Under the pieces are notes generated by a model. That model searched no databases. It saw nothing but the letters and a program-made list of their open reading frames with translations, and was not told the origin of the DNA. Of a stretch of 16,303 nucleotides of DNA, positions 1-7,263 are shown one piece after another. The position numbers and the translations under genes were made by a program. This DNA is from a candidate division WOR-3 bacterium. GTDB taxonomy: Bacteria; Hydrothermota; Hydrothermia; LBFQ01. Each line of letters begins with the position of its first letter. The first letter of the stretch is position 1. The DNA lies in contig JALUCS010000036.1 in the NCBI GenBank assembly GCA_027050205.1, forward strand, positions 1 through 16,303, in the 5' to 3' direction.

Positions 1-490
1 GGTGCGGAGTCCGGGGGAGGGGGCGTTGAAGGTGGGGAGGTACATCGTCAAGGTCTTAGGGGACGACCTCCTCATCGTCCACGAGGGACGGGCGACCTTC
101 AGGGTCCTCTACGAGAAACTCCTAAGGGGGGAGGTGAGGGGAAGGAGGCTCCTGATGCCCGTAAAGGTGGGGGAGGTGAAACCGGAGGTGGCGGCCGCCC
201 TGCGGAGGGTGGGGTTCCGGTTTGAGGGGAACCGGTTGGTTGAGGCTCCGGACTTCCTAAGGGTGATAGACCCGGCCACCGTCTCCTCCCTCCTGAAGGG
301 GGTCAGCGGTACGGAGGGGGACGAGGCCCTCGCCCTCAAGGTGGCCTCTCTCCTGTCCGGCTCCCTCCATCTTGAACCGGAGGACCTCATATTAAACCTG
401 ATGCTGTGCAACAACCCCTACCAAGACCCGGAGGGACGGGTGATAGTCCGGCGGATAACCGCAAAGGAGCTGGACTCCCTCCTCCAGTGA
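1..490 (+). CDS. mutL: DNA mismatch repair protein MutL, C-terminal dimerisation domain (5' truncated by window edge), endonuclease motifs degenerate
   Basis: YIV...LLIVHEGRATFRVLYEKL aligns with the MutL YIL...LYIIDQHAAHERILYE region; RRLLMPV with QxLLxP; LMLCNNPYQDPEGRVIV...ELDSLL with LxxCxNPYxCPHGRPxx...ELEKLF. Stop TGA 488-490. Confidence 0.8.
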   Translation, partial: VRSPGEGALKVGRYIVKVLGDDLLIVHEGRATFRVLYEKLLRGEVRGRRLLMPVKVGEVKPEVAAALRRVGFRFEGNRLVEAPDFLRVIDPATVSSLLKGVSGTEGDEALALKVASLLSGSLHLEPEDLILNLMLCNNPYQDPEGRVIVRRITAKELDSLLQ

Positions 491-521
491 TTTGAACGAT
501 CGTTCAAAACGTCCGTATAAT
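491..521 (+). promoter_or_regulatory. sigma70-type promoter with overlapping 18-bp palindromic operator
   Basis: TTGAAC (492-497), 18 bp, TATAAT (516-521); perfect palindrome TTTGAACGATCGTTCAAA (491-508) covers the -35. Confidence 0.75.
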
Positions 522-530
522 AGCCGGCGT

Positions 531-1400
531 ATGAAGGAAGGTTTGAAGCTCGTAGTCCTTGGGGCGGTAGTCCTAAGTGCGTGCGGTAGGAAGGGAGGAG
601 AGGCGAGGAGTGAAGACAAGGGAAAGGAGGTGCCTACGGTTGAGGTGGCGGTGGTCAAGCCCTCACCCATAGAGAGAAGGGTAAGGTTGGTGGGGGTGGT
701 TAGGGGGGAGAACGAGGTCCTGGTCTTTCCCGATATGGGTGGAAAGCTCCTTAAGTTGAACGTCAGGGACGGTCAGTACGTCAGAAAGGGGGAAGTGGTT
801 GCCCTTATAGACCGCTCCGCCCCCGGCGTTGATATAAAACCCCTGACGGTCCTGGCCCCGGCCTCCGGGTACGTCCAGCTCCTCGTTAAGGACATAGGTA
901 CGGCCGTAGGAAAGGACAAACCCATAATGAAGATCGTAGATAAGGGGAGCCTAAAGGTCGTCGTGGGGATACCGGAGCCTTACGCTCCCAAGGTCTCAAA
1001 GGGGACGGTTATGTACGTAGAGGGGAGGAAGGTCAGGGTCTCCTCCGTAGCCCCGGCGTTGGATCCGAAGACGAGGACCTTGAGCGTTGAGGGTTATCTG
1101 AAGGGTGGGGACTTTATACCTGGCCAGAGTGTGGAGGCGGACGTGGTCGTTGATAGGAAGGATTCGGCCTTGGTGCTACCCGCCTCCGCTCTGGTAGGCG
1201 GTGTGAAGAAGGGGGTCTTCGTCGTCAAGGGCGGTAGGGCCAGGTACGTACCCGTCAAACTGGGTATAACCACGAGTAAGAGGGTGGAGATAACCTCCGG
1301 CCTGTCCATCGGGGATACGGTCGTGGTCTTTGGGGCGGCGTCTCTGAAGGATGGGGAGAGGGTAAGGGCGGTGATGGCCGACCAGGGTAAGATCAGATAA
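531..1400 (+). CDS. Efflux RND transporter periplasmic adaptor (membrane fusion protein), lipoprotein, 289 aa
   Basis: Lipobox LSAC; lipoyl motif GKLLKLNVRDGQYVRKGEVVA; APASG; LDPKTRT; LPASA...VFVV...GLSIGDTVVVFG. ATG 531 preferred over TTG 492, which lies in the promoter. Confidence 0.88.
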   Translation: MKEGLKLVVLGAVVLSACGRKGGEARSEDKGKEVPTVEVAVVKPSPIERRVRLVGVVRGENEVLVFPDMGGKLLKLNVRDGQYVRKGEVVALIDRSAPGVDIKPLTVLAPASGYVQLLVKDIGTAVGKDKPIMKIVDKGSLKVVVGIPEPYAPKVSKGTVMYVEGRKVRVSSVAPALDPKTRTLSVEGYLKGGDFIPGQSVEADVVVDRKDSALVLPASALVGGVKKGVFVVKGGRARYVPVKLGITTSKRVEITSGLSIGDTVVVFGAASLKDGERVRAVMADQGKIR

Positions 1401-1724
1401 GGATACTGGACGAGGGGAAGATGGTAAAGGACTGTAAAATGGGGAGGCATTAGCCGATAGGGGGTAATCACCCGCCACCGTCCACACTTTCAAAAATTGA
1501 AAGTTGAGTTTTGGGAAATTGAAACTCGTACTTCAATAAACTTAAAATTGCACTTCAAGGTCCTTGTATCGGGACCGGTCTGCCTTTGAACTGAAATCGC
1601 AAGTCTAACACCTGTAGTACGGGAAACTTCACGCATATAACCCATCCGAACTGCCTACCCAATCCGCACACACCGACATGGATGCGGATCCCAAATTGTA
1701 TCCACATAATGACTCTATCTTGAC

Positions 1725-1752
1725 CGATTTTGCAGACCGTCCTGCAAAATCG
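1725..1752. repeat. Perfect 11-bp inverted repeat (hairpin or operator)
   Basis: CGATTTTGCAG (1725-1735), ACCGTC loop, CTGCAAAATCG (1742-1752); no U-tract on either side. Confidence 0.7.
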
Positions 1753-1790
1753 CCGAAACGGTGTATGCTCCCCGTTTAATATTCAAAGTT

Positions 1791-1997
1791 ATGCGGAGGA
1801 TACTTCCTCTCCTCCCGGCAGCAGAGTTAGTAAGTTGCGGGGTAGGGGAAGGCCCCGGATATACACCGGGTGATCCGTCAGATGAATGTATTAAGGTTGC
1901 GTCGGGTACGGGGACCGCAAACCACTGGGCCTGCACTGTGGGAGACCGCGATCCGGTAAGGCTCTATTACGAAGTATGGAGGAGGGAAAACCGATGA
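1791..1997 (+). CDS. Small putative lipoprotein or degenerate remnant, 68 aa
   Basis: MRRILPLLPAAELVSCG resembles the MRRVIPLIFLLSLSC N-terminus of 2455..2943; TAATAT at 1777-1782 is 8 nt upstream; stop overlaps the next start (ATGA 1994-1997). The h-region is interrupted by P and E. Confidence 0.45.
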   Translation: MRRILPLLPAAELVSCGVGEGPGYTPGDPSDECIKVASGTGTANHWACTVGDRDPVRLYYEVWRRENR

Positions 1998-2458
1998 AAA
2001 GGGTCATCCTTCTATCCGTCGCCCTGCTCTTGGGTGGTCTCGGCTGCACCGGTAAAAAGGCCGAGAAGAAGGCAGAAAAGGGCGCAGCGAAATCCGCCGA
2101 GCAGGTTCAGGTAAAGCCTCCCGCCAACCTATCCCACCCCGCTATGGCTAAGCAGTGGGAGGCCTTCAAGAAGAGCGAGGCCGTCAAGTATGCCCCTCCC
2201 GGTTTCCAACTTGAGGGTTTCGGGGAGGATGAGAAGGGTTTCATAGCTTGGGGAAACGTAAAGGGTAAAACGCAGGAGGATATCGTAAGCTTCTACACCT
2301 CCAAGTTCGGTGAACCTACGAAAAAGGTTCAGAATCCCGTTATGGGGAACGCCATCACCCTCGTATGGGAAGGTGAGAAGTTTTCCGTGATGATCCAGCA
2401 GAAGGAAGGTGGCGTAATCGTGCATTACTCCAAGGGTAAGAAAGGAGGTGCGAAGTGA
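1994..2458 (+). CDS. Hypothetical lipoprotein (paralog A), 154 aa
   Basis: SD GGAGG upstream of ATG 1994; MKRVILLSVALLLGGLGC lipoprotein signal; core shared with next gene. Confidence 0.8.
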   Translation: MKRVILLSVALLLGGLGCTGKKAEKKAEKGAAKSAEQVQVKPPANLSHPAMAKQWEAFKKSEAVKYAPPGFQLEGFGEDEKGFIAWGNVKGKTQEDIVSFYTSKFGEPTKKVQNPVMGNAITLVWEGEKFSVMIQQKEGGVIVHYSKGKKGGAK

Positions 2459-2943
2459 GGAGGGTTATACCCCTGATCTTCCTGCTCTCGCTCTCCTGCA
2501 TACCCGGAGGTTGCCAGCAGAAGATAGCCCAGAAAGTTAGCGAGAAGATAACGGAGAAGGTGACGGAGAAGGTGGGGGAGGGGATAGTTGAGAAGGCCTT
2601 AGAGAGCCAGATGAGGAAGGAGGGAAAGAGCGGCGGGGTGGATATAGGATCCGTGAAGCTGAATGATGAGGAGAGGAAGTTCGCCCCTCCCGGTTTCCAG
2701 CCCAAGGCCTTGACGGAGACCGAGGACGGCTTCATCCTGGCGGGTCTCGTAAGGGGTAAGACTCAAAAGGACATAGAGGACTTCTACGTATCCAGTCTCG
2801 GAAAACCTGCTGCCCGTATGGTCGCGGGAAACCAGCTCCACCTATCCTACAAGGACGCATACATCGCCATATACGGCAGATCTGGAAGTATAGAGATTTA
2901 CATATACAAGGGTAAAAAAGCCAGAGAAAAGATAGGGAGGTGA
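2455..2943 (+). CDS. Hypothetical lipoprotein (paralog B), 162 aa
   Basis: SD GGAGGT, GTGA overlap with upstream stop; signal ending LSLSC or GGC; APPGFQ...GF...G.V.GKTQ.DI..FY.S..G.P core shared with paralog A. Confidence 0.8.
   Translation: MRRVIPLIFLLSLSCIPGGCQQKIAQKVSEKITEKVTEKVGEGIVEKALESQMRKEGKSGGVDIGSVKLNDEERKFAPPGFQPKALTETEDGFILAGLVRGKTQKDIEDFYVSSLGKPAARMVAGNQLHLSYKDAYIAIYGRSGSIEIYIYKGKKAREKIGR
2518..2601 (+). repeat. Imperfect 12-bp (4-aa) tandem repeat, 7 units
   Basis: cagaagatagcc/cagaaagttagc/gagaagataacg/gagaaggtgacg/gagaaggtgggg/gaggggatagtt/gagaaggcctta = QKIA QKVS EKIT EKVT EKVG EGIV EKAL. Confidence 0.7.
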
Positions 2944-2946
2944 AAC

Positions 2947-3861
2947 ATGAAAAGGCTAAACGCTGTCTTATCTCTGACGCTGGCGGTCGGCCTGATAGTA
3001 GCCGGGTGTAGGAAGGAGACAGGCCCTGAAGAGGGCAATCCTGAGAACAACCCCTACGCCGGAACCGTCCTCTACATCCACTCCGACGAGGGCGGGAACT
3101 ACGACATCTACACCCTATCTCTGGACGACGGCACCCTGACCAAGGTCATAGGTACGTCCGCGGACGAGAAGTATCCCTTCGTCTTCGGAGACAAGATATA
3201 CTTCGCCGCCAACGACGACGGAGACTACGACATATATGTAGCCAACCTTGACGGCTCCGGAAGGACGAAGGTAACCGACCTTCCGAACGATGAGGTGGAG
3301 CCTGCAGTAAGTCCCAACGGCAGGTACCTCGCCTTCACGTGGGGAACATCCGGGAACCTGAAGGTGGTCCTCTACGACCTCCAGAATGGGGACACGGTGA
3401 AGACCTTCGGCCTTAGTGGGAAGGTGAATTTATCTCCCGAATTCGTCGGGAACGATACCCTACTTATGACCCTTCAGGACTACCCCGGAGCCTACTCCCA
3501 AGACCCGTGGATCTACGTAATATCCGCCGACACCCTCATCAACCTCCCCGGAGACAAGTCCCTTCAGGAGGCCAACTGGGACGTGAGAGACGGTAAGATA
3601 GCCTACGCACGGATGGGTCTTTATGGTGAAAATCCGCGTGTATCAGTCGCGGACTTCCCCTCCTTCAACAACGTTCGGGACGTATATTTCCACGATCCCC
3701 TTGCCTACGGTATCATCTGGAGTCCGGATGGTACACACCTCGTCGCTTCCCACTACAATATGTGCCTCATAGTCCTGATAGACGCCTCGGGCGGGGGTGT
3801 CGTGGATACGCTTTATCAAAAAAGCGGAGCCGACTGCCGCACCTACGCGACGTGGAAGTAG
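2947..3861 (+). CDS. TolB-like (PD40 repeat) beta-propeller lipoprotein
   Basis: Lipobox VAGC; repeats YIHSDEGGNYDIY and YFAANDDGDYDIY; PAVSPNGRYLAF; WSPDGTHL; SD GGAGG. Confidence 0.8.
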   Translation: MKRLNAVLSLTLAVGLIVAGCRKETGPEEGNPENNPYAGTVLYIHSDEGGNYDIYTLSLDDGTLTKVIGTSADEKYPFVFGDKIYFAANDDGDYDIYVANLDGSGRTKVTDLPNDEVEPAVSPNGRYLAFTWGTSGNLKVVLYDLQNGDTVKTFGLSGKVNLSPEFVGNDTLLMTLQDYPGAYSQDPWIYVISADTLINLPGDKSLQEANWDVRDGKIAYARMGLYGENPRVSVADFPSFNNVRDVYFHDPLAYGIIWSPDGTHLVASHYNMCLIVLIDASGGGVVDTLYQKSGADCRTYATWK

Positions 3862-3864
3862 GGG

Positions 3865-3887
3865 AAAAGGGGGGCCTTCCGGCCCCC
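3865..3887 (-). terminator. Rho-independent terminator between convergent genes
   Basis: GGGGGCC-TTCC-GGCCCCC (3870-3887); on the minus strand the loop reads GGAA and is followed by CTTTT. Confidence 0.7.
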
Positions 3888-3893
3888 TCCGAC

Positions 3894-4310
3894 TTAGGAC
3901 ACGCTCATAATCTTCTCAATGCGGCGTAGGATCTCCTCGCTGTAGCCCGTTGATAGGATGTCCTTGAGTTCCCGGAGGAGGACCTTGAGGACGGTACCCA
4001 TCTGTACGGTGTCCAACTTCACGTAGACGACGAAGGCGAACCTTGAGGCGACGTTGAAGACCACCACCAAGCCCCTATCCTCCGTTTCAAACAGGTAGTA
4101 GGAACCGAAGTCCAACTTCCGGTGCTTCCGCAAGAGGTTCACTATGCGGCCGTGGGTACGGAGGAACACGGGGGGGAGGTTGTAGGTCCACTCGGTGATG
4201 GTCCCCCTCATCAGGTCCACCGCCCCCATCCCTACGATGATATCTCCGAACTCCCCCCGCAGCGTCTCAAAGGACGCCCGGAGGGCCCTTTCCACCTCCG
4301 GGAAGGACAT
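3894..4310 (-). CDS. Roadblock/LC7-like small alpha/beta protein (paralog 2)
   Basis: 138 aa; helix-strand-strand-helix-three strands-helix pattern; aligns with the upstream gene (YYLFETEDRGLVVV vs YYLIDMKDNKAVIVV; VQMGTVLKVLL vs IQIGIVLNVVI); TGATG coupling at 4310. Confidence 0.55.
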   Translation of the reverse strand: MSFPEVERALRASFETLRGEFGDIIVGMGAVDLMRGTITEWTYNLPPVFLRTHGRIVNLLRKHRKLDFGSYYLFETEDRGLVVVFNVASRFAFVVYVKLDTVQMGTVLKVLLRELKDILSTGYSEEILRRIEKIMSVS

Positions 4311-4693
4311 CAGGATACGACCTTCTCGTTGAACTCCCTTATTACTTTGGGTATAACGACGTTGAGGACTATGCCTATCTGTATCTTTGAGAAGTCGGCC
4401 AGCATACCGAGGAGGTAGTCGTCGTGGAGGTCGACGACTATGACGGCCTTGTTGTCCTTCATGTCTATGAGGTAGTAGCGGTGCATAGGCGGGAAGCCCG
4501 CCTCCCTCGCGGCCTCGTGGATGAAGTGGTAAATCTTGCCAAAGAGGGCGCAGGCGACAGGGTTGGAGTTGTAGCCTATGAGCGGGACGAGGTTCTCCTT
4601 GTCAAAGATGTCGGCGGCTACCAACCCCTTCCCCATCTCCTCCTTGAAGTTCTCAAAGACTTCCCGCAGCTTCTGAACGTTTAGGTCGGCCAT
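4310..4693 (-). CDS. Roadblock/LC7-like small alpha/beta protein (paralog 1), 127 aa
   Basis: GLVAADIFD...PLIGYNSNPVACALF...YYLID...VIVV...YLLGML...IGIVLNV pattern typical of the roadblock fold; ATG 4693 lies 8 nt after TACAAT (4707-4702). The fold call is inference. Confidence 0.6.
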   Translation of the reverse strand: MADLNVQKLREVFENFKEEMGKGLVAADIFDKENLVPLIGYNSNPVACALFGKIYHFIHEAAREAGFPPMHRYYLIDMKDNKAVIVVDLHDDYLLGMLADFSKIQIGIVLNVVIPKVIREFNEKVVS

Positions 4694-4728
4694 GACCAAG
4701 TATTGTAATGCCGCTTTACATCTTTTTT

Positions 4729-6297
4729 TTAGCCTCGGTTCTCTATCTTTTCTAGGCTCTCAAGGTACAGCCCGTCGGGGGTAGTCTGGATCAGGACCCT
4801 GACCTCCGTCTCCGGCGGGTAGAGGCCAAGGAAACCCTGCGGGTCTATCACCCTAAGGCCGAGGAGCTTGTTGGATATGTCCTCCAACTTGCCCTCAACG
4901 AGGATGTGGGCGTTCAGGCCGAGGAACCCCATCTTGACCAGGTCCTTGAAGAACTTGTCGTCCACCTCGTTGGCCTTCAAGATGAGGTCGGACTTCGCCT
5001 TTACGTAGTCTATGTCCCCCTTCTCGGCGAAGAAGGCGTCTATCTCCTCAACGAGGGAGGGGAGGAAGGCCTCGTCCATTGAGAAGCCGGAGGCCACCTT
5101 ATGACCGCCGTAGTCTATGAGCATCCAGGAGATGCTGTCCAGAAGCTCAAGGGTATCAAAACCTTGAGGCGCTCTAAGCTCCCCTACCACCTTCTTGTCG
5201 TCCCTACGGCCGAGGGCTATGGAGGGGACCTTGTACTTCTCCTTCAGCTTGTTGGCGACGTAGCCGAGGTAGCCCATTCCCTTCTTGCCGAGGTCTACGA
5301 TTATGTAGGGGCGGGCAGTGGAGACCTCCCTCTTTATGTCGGCCAGGAGCTCTTCGGCCTTACGGTACCATATCTCCGAGAAGGTGACGAGCCGTCGCAT
5401 TATATCCTCGGCGACGTTTATGTCGTCCGTCATCAGGAGCTCCACACCCTCGTGGTAGTTCCCGGCCGTGTGGGAGGAGGATATTATGTTGGTTATCTCG
5501 TAGAGGGTGGGTTTCTTCCCCTTGACGTTCTCGTATGCCTTCTGGAAGGTGAAGGTATGCTCGGTGAAGATCTCCTCCGCCTTGTTGTAGAGCGCCCGGT
5601 TTTCGGAGAATATGGGCATACGGTCGGCGATTATCCCTATGGTCGCCCAGACGAAGTAGGCCGGCTTCTCCTGTATTATGGTGGATATGTCCCAGTGGTT
5701 GGTTATCTTGAATAGGTACCAGGCGAACTTGAAGGTGACGGCCGATCCGGAGAGGTAGGGGTAGGCCCCACCCCGTTTGGGGTTGACTATCAGGTAGTCG
5801 GGGTCCTGTACGAAGACCTCGTGGTGGTCCGTCACTATCACCTCTATGCCCATGTCCTTGGCCATGGCTATCTCGTCCTCGGAGTTGGTACAGCAGTCGT
5901 TGGTGATGATGAGCTTGACGTCGTTCTGGGCGGCGTACTTGAGGCCCTCCTCGTTTATGGAGTGTCCTCCCTTGCTCTTCTTGTCGGGTATGTAGTAGAG
6001 GACGCGTCCTCCGACCGTCTTTATGGCGTCGTACAGGATGGATGTCCCCGTAACGCCGTCGGCGTCGTCGTGTCCCCATACGAGGATGGTCTCCTTCCTA
6101 CCTATGAACTTAGCCGTAAGTTTAACAGCCTCCTCCATATCCGGGATGAGTTCCGGAGGAGGCATGTTCTCAACCCTGGGGTCAAAGGTGACCTCCAACA
6201 GAGCCTCGTCGTTTATACCCTTCTCCACCAACAGCCTCGCCACGAGAGGATGCACGTCCCGCTCTACTATGGCCGAGATTATATCCCCCTGGATCAC
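4729..6297 (-). CDS. recJ: RecJ-like DHH/DHHA1 phosphoesterase (ssDNA exonuclease family), divergent
   Basis: GHDDADG (motif I), ITNDCC (II), VTDHHE (III), NPK...LSGSAVTFK, GIIADRMP..ENR (IV), GGHKVASGFS (DHHA1); SD GGAGGT with GTGA overlap. Confidence 0.8.
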   Translation of the reverse strand: MIQGDIISAIVERDVHPLVARLLVEKGINDEALLEVTFDPRVENMPPPELIPDMEEAVKLTAKFIGRKETILVWGHDDADGVTGTSILYDAIKTVGGRVLYYIPDKKSKGGHSINEEGLKYAAQNDVKLIITNDCCTNSEDEIAMAKDMGIEVIVTDHHEVFVQDPDYLIVNPKRGGAYPYLSGSAVTFKFAWYLFKITNHWDISTIIQEKPAYFVWATIGIIADRMPIFSENRALYNKAEEIFTEHTFTFQKAYENVKGKKPTLYEITNIISSSHTAGNYHEGVELLMTDDINVAEDIMRRLVTFSEIWYRKAEELLADIKREVSTARPYIIVDLGKKGMGYLGYVANKLKEKYKVPSIALGRRDDKKVVGELRAPQGFDTLELLDSISWMLIDYGGHKVASGFSMDEAFLPSLVEEIDAFFAEKGDIDYVKAKSDLILKANEVDDKFFKDLVKMGFLGLNAHILVEGKLEDISNKLLGLRVIDPQGFLGLYPPETEVRVLIQTTPDGLYLESLEKIENRG

Positions 6298-6833
6298 TTC
6301 TTACCTCCTTCTTTTAGAGCCTTTTCAAGGAATACGCCGAGTTTGCGCGTCCCCATCACGTCCTCGTGGACGTGGTTGGCCTCGTCCTCTATCTTGAGGC
6401 CGCACACCGGACAGATGCCCTTGCAATCGGGTGAGCATACCGGGTTTATGGGCAAGTTTGCGATGAATATCTCCCTTATGAGGGGTAGGACGTCTATCTC
6501 GTCCCTCTCAAGGTATATGCTGTCTATGTCCTCGTCCTTCAGGGCCTCACCCCCGACGTACTCCCCCCTACGGAGGACGTTCTCGTCCCGGAAGTGGAAG
6601 GTCTCAACGTACTCATCCAGACACCGGGAGCATACGAACTTCACGGGTACCTTCCCCTCTATCTCCATCCGGTAGCCCAGGTCTATGCGGGCGACGGTTA
6701 TGACGACCTCGGCATTCCCGACCACCTCGTACTCTCCGGAGTAGTCCATCTCCTCCGCCGTGACCTCCACCTTGAACTTCCGGGGCCTGTACCCGATGTC
6801 CTTCAGGAGTATGATTATCTCACTTCTTCCCAC
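6294..6833 (-). CDS. yceD: YceD/DUF177 family protein
   Basis: CSRCL, IDVLPLIRE..ANLPINPVCSPDCKGICPVCG motifs. Exact start uncertain. Confidence 0.9.
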   Translation of the reverse strand: MGRSEIIILLKDIGYRPRKFKVEVTAEEMDYSGEYEVVGNAEVVITVARIDLGYRMEIEGKVPVKFVCSRCLDEYVETFHFRDENVLRRGEYVGGEALKDEDIDSIYLERDEIDVLPLIREIFIANLPINPVCSPDCKGICPVCGLKIEDEANHVHEDVMGTRKLGVFLEKALKEGGKK

Positions 6834-7263
6834 CTTCTAACCTCTTTTTGAAGGATTTTAGTACCCCCATCACAAACGATGGGGATTTTTCAGCGGAAAA
6901 TCGCTTGGCGAACGTTCCGTAGTCGTAGATGATGCGGTCCAGGTCCTCACCCCCGGCGAGCATCTCCGTCATACCGGCTAAGATTGCCGCCCTGTCCAAG
7001 GCGAGCAGCCTCTCCGGTCGCCAACCTACGAGGGTGTCGGACAGGTGGGTGTACAGGGCGTCCTCGTTGGCGAGGTAGAAGTCTATCAGTTTCTTCAGCC
7101 TCTCCACCTCTTCGGTGGAGAGGTCCTCCCTCTCCCTTACGTCCTCAAGGAAGTCCTCTGGACTCTCCTCGTTGCTCTCGTACCTGTAGAGGTACTCCAC
7201 AAGGAGGCTGCGTAAGACCTCCTCTGGCGTCTTAAACACCTTCTTATAGACCCTATCGGCCAT
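6820..7263 (-). CDS. nusB: Transcription antitermination factor NusB
   Basis: GWRPERLLALDRAAI...EM...AKRFSAEKSPSFVMGVL matches NusB W..ERL..VDRAILR...AK.F....S..FVNGVL. Confidence 0.85.
   Translation of the reverse strand: MADRVYKKVFKTPEEVLRSLLVEYLYRYESNEESPEDFLEDVREREDLSTEEVERLKKLIDFYLANEDALYTHLSDTLVGWRPERLLALDRAAILAGMTEMLAGGEDLDRIIYDYGTFAKRFSAEKSPSFVMGVLKSFKKRLEGGKK

Noticed and set aside
1486..1560. ATTGAAAG / ATTGAAAC ends resembling CRISPR repeat termini
   Set aside because: Only about 22 nt apart, no conserved 25-40 nt repeat, no spacers, no cas genes.
1698..1706. DnaA-box-like GTATCCACA
   Set aside because: Single 8/9 match with no cluster or oriC context.
1603..1794. Possible integron attC (GTCTAAC ... 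GTTATGC)
   Set aside because: Ends are not fully complementary, the span is about 190 bp, no L boxes were seen and no integrase is present.
5101..6675. Long antisense or alternate-frame ORFs (204, 239, 284 aa), and similar ones over ptsI, the SpoIIE gene and cdaA (15794..16294 -)
   Set aside because: Shadow frames of well-supported genes, expected with strong GC3 codon bias.
6294..6837. NusB and YceD both ending in EGGKK
   Set aside because: Explained by purine-rich SD-like sequence plus AAGAAGTGA at gene junctions, not a protein motif.
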